Assembly: GCA_041391425.1 (NCBI GenBank)
Contig: JAWKNZ010000006.1
Location: 219,629 to 283,628 of the forward strand
Source of the DNA: Bdellovibrionota bacterium
GTDB lineage: Bacteria; Bdellovibrionota_B; Oligoflexia; Oligoflexales; JAWKNZ01
Length of the DNA: 64,000 nt
Reading direction: 5' to 3'
Part shown: piece after piece, positions 29,023-39,617 of the stretch
How the letters are laid out: every line of letters begins with the position of its first letter
How positions within the stretch are numbered: position 1 is the first letter of the stretch
Made by a program: the position numbers and the translations under genes
Notes under the pieces: generated by a model
What the model was told of the DNA's origin: nothing
Database searches by the model: none
Seen by the model: only the letters and a program-made list of their open reading frames with translations

Positions 29023-31950
29023 ATGCCAGATAGTATTTTTCTGGCCGTCAGAGAGATGGTCGCGAGCGAAGTTTGGTCAAAAGGGGTTGCGTTAAGTCGG
29101 CAGAATTTAGTGGCGTTGACGGGAGGTACTGATGGCCGGGAATTGTCATTTAGAGTTTCTGTCCCTAATAGAGCTACAGCTGCAAAGGTCGTTTTATGGC
29201 TTGACGATGATGATTGGAATTGTGATTGCTCAGGCCCTGAGGATCCTTGTGAACACGTTGCTGCTGCAGTTATTGCTTTAAGACGAGTGGATGGTGATGT
29301 GTCAGCATTGCCGAGTATTCAACGTGATATTGCAGAGGTTGGTTATCGTTTTCGAGAATTCAACGATTCGCTAGAATTATATAGGTCGATAAAAGAAAAT
29401 GGACGAGAAGAAACTCGGCTTTCTGTTGCGTTAACAGCAATTCAGTCCGGACGAGTTGCGGGTCCAGAAATTGCACCGTCAAAAGATGATTTGGCTATTG
29501 AGTTTATTTTAGGAGTACAATTTGAAGGAATTTTTCCAGTACAAACATGGAGAAAACTAAAACCACATTTATCTCTTTGCCGCGATTTAAAATTTGCTGG
29601 CAATCCCGTGTCTTTTGCTAATAAGGCTGTTGGTTTAATCCTTAAGGTTGAAGATGAAAATAATGGCGTTGTGTTAAGAGCTGAAAATGATCCTTCTATA
29701 CAGAAGATCTATGACAACGGCGTCGCATTTTGCGGTGAAAGTATAGCATTGGTAGATTTTGGAGGTTTAAGTAGTTTTGAAGTTTCGCAATTAAAACGTG
29801 GTAAGTTCTATTCCTATAGAGAGTTGACAGATCTTGCTACTAGAGTTTTACCCGAACTTTCTAATATTTTTCCTGTTGAAAATTGCTCTAAAAATTTACC
29901 TGAAATAATTGATGTTCTTCCAAAGGCGGTCGTAGAGACTCGAACTGATGGGAAATTGCTAAAAGCAGAAATTGTTATTTATTATGGAAGCCCTCCTGTT
30001 GCGTCGGTTAGAGAGGGAGAATTGCAACTGATCGAAGTAAATCGAGCACCTAAAAGGAATCAATTACTTGAAGAAAAATTAATTGCGGGCTTAGAAGATA
30101 AGTTTGGGTTCATAGGTCAGAATACGAAGGTATTAGCTGGTCAAGATGCGGTCGATTTTTCTGAAAAGCTTGCAGGTTCAACTACTAAAATATATGGAAA
30201 TGGTGTGCAAATGTTTAGGAAAATGCCACCACTTGCTCCAAAATTTTTTCTATCTAAAGATGAATTCAAACTTGAATTTGTCAGTACTTCCTCGGAAAAT
30301 CCATCGCAACGGGATTTTATACCGCCTCAAAACATCTTTGATGCTTGGGACAGAGGAGAACATATGGTTCCTTTGATTAATGGTGGTTGGGCAGAGATTC
30401 CCAAGGATTGGTTACTGAAATATGGAGATAAAATCCGTAGTGTTTTAGCTGCTAGGGAGGCGGTTGGGGGGGTGTCTAATGCTTTAAAGCCTCAGTTAGC
30501 AAGTTTATGTAGCGAGTTAGGCGAAGCTGCCCCCGAAAATTGGGTAGCTGTAGCAGACGGTTTGAAAGATTTTAGCGGGTTTAGTAACTATGCATTACCT
30601 CAGGATATAAAAGCAACTTTACGTCCTTATCAAGAAGAAGGGGTACGTTGGTTGCGTTTTTTGACCGAGTTTGAACTCGGTGGAGTTCTTGCTGACGATA
30701 TGGGCTTGGGCAAAACTTTGCAAGCTATCAGTATTATAAAAGGACGTACGTTGGTTGTGGCACCAACTAGTGTTATTTATTCCTGGGAAAATGAGATTAA
30801 GCGTTTTAGACCGAATCTTTCTGCATGCGTCTACCATGGTGGCAAGCGTCAATTTGATCAGAATGCCGATGTTATTATTACTTCCTATGCGATACTTAGG
30901 CTTGATAAAGAAATTTTTCTTTCTGAACGATGGAGTATGTTTATCCTTGACGAGGCGCAATATATTAAAAACCCAGATAGTCAAGTAACAAAGGTCGTTT
31001 TTGAAGTTAATGCAAAATTTAAACTTAGCATGAGTGGAACACCTATTGAAAATCGTTTAGAAGAGCTGTGGAGCCAAATCAACTTTTCTAATCCTGGAAT
31101 GCTTGGAGGAAGACGGTATTTCATAGATAATTATGTGAAAAAAATACAAAATGGCGATATGGCTAAGTTAGAAGAATTACGCACGAAAGTGAGACCTTTT
31201 ATTTTGCGCCGGAAAAAAGTTGATGTTGCTAAGGATTTACCTGCTCGTACAACTGTTTTTTTGCAATCTGAATTAAGCACTGAAGAACGCAAAGTCTATG
31301 ATAGCCTCCTATTGAGTGCTAGAAAGGATATTGCAGCTTTGGTGCATGAAGAAGGTAATGTCCTTAAGGCGCTTGAGGTTTTGTTAAGGTTAAGGCAAGC
31401 TGCCTGTCATGTAGATTTAGTGCCAGGGCAGTCTCTAGGTTATTCATCAAAATTAGCACTTGTGCTTGAGACCTTGGAAAAAAGTATTTCTTGTGGTCAT
31501 AAAACTTTGATTTTTTCTCAATGGACCAGTTTGTTAGATAAGGTCGAGGCAGAATTAATAAATGCCAATATTAAATTTTTAAGGCTTGACGGGGCAACTC
31601 GAGATAGGAAGAAAGTAGTTGAGGCTTTTCAAACGACAAATGATTTTGATGTTATGATTATTTCTCTTAAAGCTGGAGGAGCAGGACTAACTTTGACAGC
31701 TGCAGACCATGTTATGATACTAGACCCTTGGTGGAACCCGGCGGTAGAGGATCAGGCTGCCGATCGTTCCCATAGGATTGGACAAGATAAGCCTGTATTG
31801 ATTCAAAAATTTGTGAGTAAGGACACCGTCGAAGAAAGAATTTTAGAATTACAAGAGCGAAAACGGGCCTTGGCAGCATCTATTTTTGAAGGGATGGAAG
31901 GTGAGTTTACTATTGGTAAAGATGATATATTAGGTTTGATAGAGGCTTAA
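29023..31950 (+). CDS. SNF2-family helicase/ATPase with N-terminal SWIM zinc finger
   Basis: SWIM motif CDCSGPEDPCEHVAA. Helicase motifs LADDMGLGKT, DEAQYIKN and SGTPIENRL. C-terminal motifs GGAGLTLTAADHVMILDPWWNP and QAADRSHRIGQ. Confidence 0.9.
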   Translation: MPDSIFLAVREMVASEVWSKGVALSRQNLVALTGGTDGRELSFRVSVPNRATAAKVVLWLDDDDWNCDCSGPEDPCEHVAAAVIALRRVDGDVSALPSIQRDIAEVGYRFREFNDSLELYRSIKENGREETRLSVALTAIQSGRVAGPEIAPSKDDLAIEFILGVQFEGIFPVQTWRKLKPHLSLCRDLKFAGNPVSFANKAVGLILKVEDENNGVVLRAENDPSIQKIYDNGVAFCGESIALVDFGGLSSFEVSQLKRGKFYSYRELTDLATRVLPELSNIFPVENCSKNLPEIIDVLPKAVVETRTDGKLLKAEIVIYYGSPPVASVREGELQLIEVNRAPKRNQLLEEKLIAGLEDKFGFIGQNTKVLAGQDAVDFSEKLAGSTTKIYGNGVQMFRKMPPLAPKFFLSKDEFKLEFVSTSSENPSQRDFIPPQNIFDAWDRGEHMVPLINGGWAEIPKDWLLKYGDKIRSVLAAREAVGGVSNALKPQLASLCSELGEAAPENWVAVADGLKDFSGFSNYALPQDIKATLRPYQEEGVRWLRFLTEFELGGVLADDMGLGKTLQAISIIKGRTLVVAPTSVIYSWENEIKRFRPNLSACVYHGGKRQFDQNADVIITSYAILRLDKEIFLSERWSMFILDEAQYIKNPDSQVTKVVFEVNAKFKLSMSGTPIENRLEELWSQINFSNPGMLGGRRYFIDNYVKKIQNGDMAKLEELRTKVRPFILRRKKVDVAKDLPARTTVFLQSELSTEERKVYDSLLLSARKDIAALVHEEGNVLKALEVLLRLRQAACHVDLVPGQSLGYSSKLALVLETLEKSISCGHKTLIFSQWTSLLDKVEAELINANIKFLRLDGATRDRKKVVEAFQTTNDFDVMIISLKAGGAGLTLTAADHVMILDPWWNPAVEDQAADRSHRIGQDKPVLIQKFVSKDTVEERILELQERKRALAASIFEGMEGEFTIGKDDILGLIEA

Positions 31951-31995
31951 GCTATCTATTAGCTTACCATAACCAATGTATGTGGAGTGTATTTG

Positions 31996-32322
31996 ATGGA
32001 TAAAATTTCTATGCTCTATGCTACGTTTCCTTCACAACAAGAAGCGCAAGAAACAGTACGTTTATTGCTTGATAGGAAGTTAATTGCGTGCGGAAATATT
32101 CTACCACAAATGCAATCGTTCTATTGGTGGAAGGGGAAAGTGGAATCAAGTAATGAAGTTGCTGTATTAATGAAAACAAGGGCATCGTGTTTTTTTGCCA
32201 TAGAAAGCCAGTTAAAAAAAATGCATTCATATGATGTTCCTGTATTGATTGAAATCCCTATTATCAACGCATTGAATGAATATCAGTCATGGGTATTGAG
32301 AGAAACACAAGCAACAGAGTGA
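31996..32322 (+). CDS. cutA: divalent-cation tolerance protein CutA
   Basis: ~108 aa, with LIACGNILP...S.YWWKGKVE...E..L..KT......L...I...HSYDVP pattern. Confidence 0.8.
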   Translation: MDKISMLYATFPSQQEAQETVRLLLDRKLIACGNILPQMQSFYWWKGKVESSNEVAVLMKTRASCFFAIESQLKKMHSYDVPVLIEIPIINALNEYQSWVLRETQATE

Positions 32323-32363
32323 ATAAAATTGTTTGCGGAGTAATCTTTTGTATTGTAAAAAAA

Positions 32364-32397
32364 CCCACGGCAATAGGTATCATTACCGTGGGTTTTT
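32364..32397. terminator. bidirectional rho-independent terminator
   Basis: Stem CCCACGGCAAT/ATTACCGTGGG (10 of 11 bp), with an A7 run upstream and a T5 run downstream. It lies between the convergent cutA and the 32467..34746 gene. Confidence 0.75.
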
Positions 32398-32466
32398 ATG
32401 AATTACTGTTGTTTTGCTAATGAAAAGCGTCAGAGGTATACTCCGGCGCTTCTTGTCTAAACGTAA

Positions 32467-34746
32467 CTATTGCTTTGTAGCTTTCATCTGGAAACTTTCC
32501 ATGAAGCCCGCGCCATCTTCAGCATTATCACCGCATTCTTCTTTGCTTGCTGAATTAAACATCCCTTTCCAGCTTGTTTCGCTTTCGAGTCGTGCATTGA
32601 TTATAGTACGGTGGATGTGCTTACATTCAACTTGCTTGTTATTTTCAGCATCCCAGCCTTGCCAGCGATCAACATTTTGTTCACTCATTTCAAAGGATCC
32701 AGCGATTCTTGGTTTTACATTCATCAGTGCCATACGACCGCTAATACGTCCTGCAAAGTTGCCTGCTTCGTCAAAACACTTACCGCCTTCTGATGAGCCT
32801 GGGCATCTAAGTGTGCGTACGCATCCTCTTTCATCACAAATTTCATCGTTAAAGATTTCAGGCATACAACTATTTTGCGCCAAGCTTTTGACTGTACTGA
32901 TTGCTTCTTCATATTGAGTGCTGTCACATAGAATTTTTTCTGCTAACGGACGCCACTGTGCTGATTGATCCGAAATTTTTTGTACTTGCTGTGCAATAGT
33001 TTTTGCAGCAAATTCATTTCGACATTCTATAGCAGCAGCTTGTTCGTCGTATTGATTACTGTTTTGCAAGCTATCTAATGCAGTTGGACAGGCTAATTCA
33101 GCAAATTGATGATTAAAAAATTGTGGTGTTCTTGATGTGTCGGCAATCATCTTACCACTTCCATCTAGCTTAAGTGCCATGTCGTTCATTATCCAGTCTT
33201 TATCCCAGCAAATAGAAGGCCTTTCATTATCACTCATAGTTTCGCACATATTAAAGTTAAAGTTGCTTGGAAGTTGGCTTCCGCACATATGATCTTCTTC
33301 ATCTCGGTTTCCTGCCCTAGAAAGAAGTTCAGTTACGGTTCTACCGACTTCTCGTGCTGATGCTTTGATCAAGCCGCTATATGGACCTGAGGTGATTTTT
33401 TCACAGCTATCATCTTTTGCTCCAGCGGCCCCTGATGTAACGGCGCTAATGGCTTCTGCCTCAGTTTTACCCCTTGCTGGCATTTGTTCGAAAAATCCAG
33501 AAACATTATCTTTACAGAGTAACATAATTGGATTTTTGTTAGCTGAAATATAGTTAGTAAAAGATGTTGCATCTGGTCCTAATTCTGGTGGACAAGTAGG
33601 AACTCCTTCTTGAAATTCTGAGCTACAAGCCACTGTTTCTGTATTAACAGTTCCGGTGTATTCCGTAACGGTATCGAAATCTTCAGGAGAATACCACTTT
33701 GGCATGTAAATTGTTTTTTCTTGACCGTCTTCGAAGACTGTATGCTGTTCCAATTTAGCTTCGATAAATTTACAGTTTTCAGCTGTAAATAGGGCTTGGT
33801 AAGGGTCACCAGCACCTTCATTACACCATCCCCACATAGTGCTTTCTCTTTTTAAAACTTCGTCTTTGATTACGGCTCGTAAGTTTGAAGGGAGTGCAGA
33901 ATAAACGGCTGCTACCGATTTCTCATAGGCTTCTTTTGAGGAAAAGTCAAATGGAGTATCACCCATTCTAAAGCTTGGTTTTCCTTCACCAGCATCACCG
34001 ATACATCGGTTTTTAGCGTCTTCGCTCTCCCAGATTGCTGCGACATTTCTTTCGCCCACAGTTGTATGATTTATATAGATGCTCATTGCTTCTTCATCTT
34101 GAGTTAGATGAGCTTTATCTGAGCATGGGCCATCGGTTGACTCTCCTTCTGAACAATCAAATTCTAAGTCCCATGTTCCTGTCAAATTAGGAAGTTCAGT
34201 CTTTCCTTGTTCAAGCAAGTTTTTTATACCGGCTAAAGCTTCTTCACTTAATGCAGAACTGCTAGGATCGATTTTCGCTATAGCTGAGCCAGTTGCAGCG
34301 TCAAATACGATATCCATTTTTAACTGACCAGCACCGGCAATTAGAGATGAATCTGATGAGGCGTCATAGTCAAATTCGACAGTGGCAAGGGTTTTCCCGT
34401 CTTGTCGAACAAAACATCCAAATGAGGTTCCTGCAAATTTTTCGCAAGATTGGTCAAAAGCACCGCTACTAGAATCCACTTCAACTTTACAGGCTGTAGG
34501 CTCTTCCATGAAAGTAACGCAATATAAGTCATAAGTACTTAATCGCAATGAAGCACCACTAGCTGAGCTACCAATCAAAGATAATGATCCTGTCATCTGA
34601 ACGTCGCCAGAGCCAACTAAGTCTTCCGGGCTTGCTGAAGTGTCTGATGATTCATCTTTCTTTTTGAGTAATCCGCAACTCGCCAAACTAGCAGAGAGTA
34701 TGAGTGCTCCCGATAATTTTGCGATTAGTTTTGTTTTTTGTCTCAT
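32467..34746 (-). CDS. large Cys-rich lipoprotein, unknown function
   Basis: Lipobox LASC. 759 aa with about 26 further Cys spread through the mature protein. No family recognised. Confidence 0.7.
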   Translation of the reverse strand: MRQKTKLIAKLSGALILSASLASCGLLKKKDESSDTSASPEDLVGSGDVQMTGSLSLIGSSASGASLRLSTYDLYCVTFMEEPTACKVEVDSSSGAFDQSCEKFAGTSFGCFVRQDGKTLATVEFDYDASSDSSLIAGAGQLKMDIVFDAATGSAIAKIDPSSSALSEEALAGIKNLLEQGKTELPNLTGTWDLEFDCSEGESTDGPCSDKAHLTQDEEAMSIYINHTTVGERNVAAIWESEDAKNRCIGDAGEGKPSFRMGDTPFDFSSKEAYEKSVAAVYSALPSNLRAVIKDEVLKRESTMWGWCNEGAGDPYQALFTAENCKFIEAKLEQHTVFEDGQEKTIYMPKWYSPEDFDTVTEYTGTVNTETVACSSEFQEGVPTCPPELGPDATSFTNYISANKNPIMLLCKDNVSGFFEQMPARGKTEAEAISAVTSGAAGAKDDSCEKITSGPYSGLIKASAREVGRTVTELLSRAGNRDEEDHMCGSQLPSNFNFNMCETMSDNERPSICWDKDWIMNDMALKLDGSGKMIADTSRTPQFFNHQFAELACPTALDSLQNSNQYDEQAAAIECRNEFAAKTIAQQVQKISDQSAQWRPLAEKILCDSTQYEEAISTVKSLAQNSCMPEIFNDEICDERGCVRTLRCPGSSEGGKCFDEAGNFAGRISGRMALMNVKPRIAGSFEMSEQNVDRWQGWDAENNKQVECKHIHRTIINARLESETSWKGMFNSASKEECGDNAEDGAGFMESFQMKATKQ

Positions 34747-35026
34747 ATTAATACGCCCTTCATTTCCATCGAAGTTTACACCGTAAATTTGCCTCCCATA
34801 GACAAGATAAATGCAGGCATCGGTATTTTTTTTTCGACCTTTAATATATTGTATTGTTTCTTGTGATTTTAAATGGTTATCTTTGATTTACAGATGCCAG
34901 AGGGTGGGGTTTTGGAGGTGGGTTTAGGCTTTTTTAGCAGGTTATTTTGTGTTTTTGGTATTTTGCCAGAAAATTAATAGTATCAGAGTTAAGTATCCAT
35001 AAAAAAATATTTTTTTGAAAAACTAG

Positions 35027-35204
35027 GGCGTGTTGACGTTTCATTTCCTACTACGAGCCAAACCCTTGAGTCACAACGTTGTCATGGTTTCAAAAATTAT
35101 CCTCAATGTACATCTAGTACACCTCCGGTAATTTTTGAAACCCTTCCTAGCTGCGACTTTCAAGTATTTGTCTCTCGCTACGAAAATGAAACGTCAACAC
35201 GCCC
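35027..35204. mobile_element. MITE family B, copy B3 (178 bp)
   Basis: Same TIRs as B1, flanked by TA/TA. Confidence 0.9.
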
Positions 35205-35264
35205 TATTTTTTGATATTGTGACATCTAGATGCATTTTTAAAGTATTATGAGCTTACGTATTGA

Positions 35265-36386
35265 TTAATGGCTATAAACTGCTCTATCTGGGCGGAAGAA
35301 ATCATCCCAATTGACGGTATTTGTCTTTTGGAAGGCGTCGTTATCTAGGTTTTTATCGGAAGATCCTTTATTGGATGTTGGGGGAAGTAGCTTGAGCATA
35401 CTTAAAGATATATTTTTTTTGTTACTTACGGCAAAAATATGCTGTAGAGCAGATTCCAACCTTGGTAGGGTTTTGGCTGCGGTCTCTTGATAAAAACCTA
35501 AGTGTATAACATAGTTATTGTTAGGATATTTTCGATGTAAGTTTATATAACCATCGAACAGATCAATTAAATCTTTGGTTGATAAATAGTCGAGGGTGGC
35601 AGCATTGTTAAATACTTCTGTGATCCAACCTGCTCTCGTTGGTACCGGTACAGGTTGTGAGAATGCCGTGGTTTGATTCCACAGCTCTGTGATCCAATGA
35701 AAAAGTGGATATTTAGCTATCCGGCTTTTTACCAAGTGTGGGGGAACTCCGGAAAAGTCGTATTTAAAGCCTGATTCGACAGCTGCTTCAAGGACATCAT
35801 TACTGGCCATCCAACCGCCAGCCATAAAGGCATGAGGTTTGGGAAGGTCGTATTTATCGAATAAATATAAGCTATGATCGATGAGTGTTCTAATTTCGGA
35901 TTTGTTATACGCACTCAAAGGAATTTCGTGACCACAATCTTTGAGGCAGGATCGGTCGTTAAGTTGATTTCCCCAAAAGGTAGGAGAGTTTCTGAATATA
36001 ACTTTGGCATCTTGGATAAATGATTTCCATCCAAGAAGTTGTAGTCCCATAGAGTCCTCTGGATAGATAGCCGATTTAATTTTTTTGGCAGTTTCTTGTG
36101 GGTCTTGGTCTTTCTTTGTAAAATATGCCGGATTAACAAACTGAAAGAAGTCGATAGATGCGAATTTTTTTCTAAAGAGCTTAATTGCTTCTAGGTTAGA
36201 AGCTTCCAGCTGGCTACCTTCCCATTGTAACGATATTGCGAGTTTTATTTTGCCACTCTGAGATCCGAATAACTCTTTTTGCAATTCCAAATTTTTTTCA
36301 ATCTTTGCTTCTGAGGCAAAGGTGGTAAGTGAAAAGCATGCGTAAAGTATGCAATAAAATAGCTTTAGACTATTCATCTTCTTCAT
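35265..36386 (-). CDS. secreted hypothetical protein
   Basis: Has a signal peptide (...TTFASEA). 373 aa. No confident family. Confidence 0.6.
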   Translation of the reverse strand: MKKMNSLKLFYCILYACFSLTTFASEAKIEKNLELQKELFGSQSGKIKLAISLQWEGSQLEASNLEAIKLFRKKFASIDFFQFVNPAYFTKKDQDPQETAKKIKSAIYPEDSMGLQLLGWKSFIQDAKVIFRNSPTFWGNQLNDRSCLKDCGHEIPLSAYNKSEIRTLIDHSLYLFDKYDLPKPHAFMAGGWMASNDVLEAAVESGFKYDFSGVPPHLVKSRIAKYPLFHWITELWNQTTAFSQPVPVPTRAGWITEVFNNAATLDYLSTKDLIDLFDGYINLHRKYPNNNYVIHLGFYQETAAKTLPRLESALQHIFAVSNKKNISLSMLKLLPPTSNKGSSDKNLDNDAFQKTNTVNWDDFFRPDRAVYSH

Positions 36387-36502
36387 TATGACCCTTTCAA
36401 GGTAATTGATACCTATGCTTAGTTTGCTTTAGGCCTACTTTAGGTATATAAATGTTAGATAATTTATGAAAATCTGTCCATGTGACAAAAATATTCATTC
36501 TT

Positions 36503-38380
36503 CTAACTATTTGTATTTATATATAAATTTTTAAAAATTGCTAATATTGATAGGCATAATGGTAGGCATAATAGGATGGCTAACAGCATTAAATTGATGG
36601 TGGTTTGTGTGCTGTTTTGGATGGCACCACATGAAGAAAATAATCCACCGCCGTTATTACTACTTTTTTTCTTAGGAGTCGTTTCTGTTTCTGTCGGAAG
36701 GCTCCATGAGCCGTAATCTACAGCGCAGTTAATATTTTCTAAAAGTGTTGAAAATCCTCGATCTACCGCAATGTCGTACATTGTTTGACAGTATTGTCCA
36801 GAAAATTTTTCTTGCTCAGTAATAAATAGGGAGAGTATAAAATCTTTAATTTCGCTGTTTTTAACAAGTAGGTCAAGGGAGGCAAATACCGTAGAGGTTA
36901 CGTTTTCTGCAGGAACCCCCCCTTTTTCTCTCAAGTCTCTAAGATATCCCGATATAAGCTGACCTTTTTGATGGGCTTCAATGCTATTATATGTCGTCCC
37001 CTTATATGTAATTTCATTTGCGGCACTTCTTAGACATTCACCTTTAGACCAGCATGCATCACTATTTGCGGGACATATGGATTCACCCAAGCAATCGTCT
37101 CCTGTTCTGGAATTTGCAAAGAAATCTGCTAAGCCTTCGTGGAGTACAAGGGATTCTCCACGAGTTTCTGTCAGTGTTTTGAATATCACATGATGGCTAA
37201 ACTCATGAGCAATGACATCAGAATCTACTGAAAGATTTTGCAAAATAACTCCATCTCCATCACCAATTGCAATAGCCGGATGGCTTTCAGGTGTGCCATC
37301 GGAGGGAAGGTATTGGGCATTGTTTTCACTCGATCCTGGTATAGCGTGTATTCTAAGATCCATTGGTTTATTCCCATGCCATTCATAGCCGAGGCTTCGA
37401 AAATATTCGAACATTAAAGCTGCATGGACAAATGCAGAGGTTTCTTGAAATTTTTTGTCATCAACGTCATAGTTAAATTCATTGGTATCGCTCTTTGCCC
37501 TTGGAATCGTAGCTGTGTCTGTCGTAAAGAATTCGTTTGTTAAATATGAATCGCCACTTAATTCAATTTCGTATGATTTTAGTTGTCCATTCTTTGGGTT
37601 GGTATCATATACAGTTGCTGTTCCCTTCACATCAAATGCAAGCATTTGAATATCTATCACTTCGTAGGTGTCGGCAATAGCTCTAAAAGGAATGGAGTTT
37701 ACTGTGAGCCAGATTTGCCAAGTAGGGACGAGGTTTTCTTCAATGATGCTATAACATTTTTCCTTTTTTGTTATTTTTGCTTTCTCAGTTTTAAGGCCCT
37801 GGCGGTATAAGTTGTCTAAGATTGTTTCATAACTTTCATTTAGCCTTGGCCAATCAGATTCAGGAGGCGGCTCATCTGTCTCGACTTGAGGGAAGTTCCC
37901 CATGATAACCTGATTTCCACTCATAAGATGATGGGCTTTTATTTGGAATCCACATATTGGAATGTTTTTTACTTTAAATTCCAGCTCAATAGTTTCATGA
38001 CTTACTGGGGTATTTCTAAATTTTGTTAGACTTAATATCTTCGGATTTGTCACAGATTTAATGTTAAGACCTATAAATGGATTTTTTATTTGCTTATGGA
38101 TAAAATATTCAATACCCTTTTTGAACGAAGTCGTTTGTGTATTGATTAGGTTGAAAGCTGGTGATTGGTAAGGCATTTTGTTGATTGACTGTAAGGCACG
38201 AATAGAATGCCAATGAATATTAGAACGATTATTTGTTGGTAAATAAATACTTATAGGTGCTTTTTCCCATAATGCAAAGGCTGGATTGGACTGCATAATA
38301 TATAATATGCATAGTGTTACCTGTGCGCGTATGAAAAAGGATATCATTTTAGAGAAGTTTGGATTCAATAAATTTCTCAA
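36503..38380 (-). CDS. secreted zinc metalloprotease (thermolysin-like HEXXH...E arrangement) with C-terminal hydrophobic anchor
   Basis: VIAHEFSHHV, followed by LHEGLADFF (compare NEAFSDIF in M4). The C-terminal tail is NNGGGLFSSCGAIQ... plus a ~25-aa hydrophobic segment. Confidence 0.7.
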   Translation of the reverse strand: MRNLLNPNFSKMISFFIRAQVTLCILYIMQSNPAFALWEKAPISIYLPTNNRSNIHWHSIRALQSINKMPYQSPAFNLINTQTTSFKKGIEYFIHKQIKNPFIGLNIKSVTNPKILSLTKFRNTPVSHETIELEFKVKNIPICGFQIKAHHLMSGNQVIMGNFPQVETDEPPPESDWPRLNESYETILDNLYRQGLKTEKAKITKKEKCYSIIEENLVPTWQIWLTVNSIPFRAIADTYEVIDIQMLAFDVKGTATVYDTNPKNGQLKSYEIELSGDSYLTNEFFTTDTATIPRAKSDTNEFNYDVDDKKFQETSAFVHAALMFEYFRSLGYEWHGNKPMDLRIHAIPGSSENNAQYLPSDGTPESHPAIAIGDGDGVILQNLSVDSDVIAHEFSHHVIFKTLTETRGESLVLHEGLADFFANSRTGDDCLGESICPANSDACWSKGECLRSAANEITYKGTTYNSIEAHQKGQLISGYLRDLREKGGVPAENVTSTVFASLDLLVKNSEIKDFILSLFITEQEKFSGQYCQTMYDIAVDRGFSTLLENINCAVDYGSWSLPTETETTPKKKSSNNGGGLFSSCGAIQNSTQTTINLMLLAILLCLPLCLSILAIFKNLYINTNS

Positions 38381-38705
38381 TCTTTTCGTCTAGTAATACT
38401 ATACAGTTTGTAAGACCCACTGCTGGCTATTCACCCCTTTATTATCGGTCCTGGTTTGTAAAGCGTGAGTATTTGAAAAAAAAACTTTTAATATTAATAT
38501 GTTATATTATTGCGCATGTTTGGAGCGAAAATGTGGGATTGTTTGTCAGTTTCTTTTGAGATGAATTTTTCAGTCATGCTTTTTCCACAATAGCTGTTGA
38601 AAAGTCATAAAATGGTTTAATGTACGTCTAGAAAGACTTGGTTTTTGCCGTGTAGCTTATTTTGTCAGCTATAATGGAAACGATGAAAGATAATATGATC
38701 TGAGG

Positions 38706-39614
38706 ATGGGGTTACAAATGCCGGTGTTGCTAAGCTCTATAGAAGGAAACAAACAAAAGCTCGATGGTGGCTCTATGTTTGGTAATGCTCCTAGAGTGAT
38801 GTGGGAAAAATGGATGACAGTAGATTCAATTGGCCGCATTGACCTTGCCTGCCGTTCTTTACTTATCGAAATTAACGATCAAAAAATTCTTTGTGAGGTA
38901 GGAGTTGGTGCTTATTTTGAGCCAAAGTTGGCTGATCGTTATGGCATTCAAAATCCAGAGAAGCACCTATTATTAGAAGGTTTGTCACATCTTGATATTT
39001 CTCACGAAGATATTGATTATGTTGTTTTATCTCACTTGCATTTTGACCATGCTGGTGGGTTATTTCCATCTTATCAGGAGCGTAGTCGAGGGCAGTTTAA
39101 GCTACTTTTTCCAAATGCCAGATATTTAGTTGGAAAGCGTGCTTTTGAAAGAGCTGTACATCCTCACAAGAGAGATCGGGTATCTTTTATTCCAGAACTT
39201 CCAGGGCTGTTGCAAGGCAGTGGCAGGCTTGTGCTTTTAGAAGGTGATAAACTTAGTAGTAACGAAGATTGGGCAAAAAAATTAAATGAGTATATTTCAT
39301 TTTTTTATAGTGATGGCCATACACCTGGGCAAATGCACACGGTTGTGAAAGGTGAAAAACAATCCATTGTTTTTTGTGGTGATCTAATTCCTGGAACCCC
39401 TTGGGTTCATATCCCAATTACGATGGGTTATGACCGTTTTGCTGAGCTGGTAATAGATGAAAAAACAGAATTGCTTGAAAAAGTTGTCGGTGATGGTTGG
39501 TTGCTATTTTATACGCATGATCCGTTAGTGTCTGCCTCTAAGTGTGTTGAAGATGATAGACATCGTTGTAAGGCTGTAGATGAAATTGGCGAATTGAATC
39601 GTTATTCATTGTAA
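38706..39614 (+). CDS. MBL-fold metallo-hydrolase
   Basis: Has LSHLHFDHAGG (HxHxDH) and downstream His/Asp residues. Confidence 0.8.
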   Translation: MGLQMPVLLSSIEGNKQKLDGGSMFGNAPRVMWEKWMTVDSIGRIDLACRSLLIEINDQKILCEVGVGAYFEPKLADRYGIQNPEKHLLLEGLSHLDISHEDIDYVVLSHLHFDHAGGLFPSYQERSRGQFKLLFPNARYLVGKRAFERAVHPHKRDRVSFIPELPGLLQGSGRLVLLEGDKLSSNEDWAKKLNEYISFFYSDGHTPGQMHTVVKGEKQSIVFCGDLIPGTPWVHIPITMGYDRFAELVIDEKTELLEKVVGDGWLLFYTHDPLVSASKCVEDDRHRCKAVDEIGELNRYSL

Positions 39615-39617
39615 TTA

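Noticed and set aside
29023-31950. SWIM/SNF2 helicase as the core of a defence island
   Set aside because: Its neighbours are cutA, a small secreted protein and lipoproteins. No nuclease, methyltransferase, toxin or other defence-type partner is present. SWIM-SNF2 proteins are widespread as stand-alone chromosomal genes.
32414-32917. 167-aa plus-strand ORF
   Set aside because: It is antisense to the 3' part of the 759-aa lipoprotein gene and runs across the bidirectional terminator region. It has no supporting signals.
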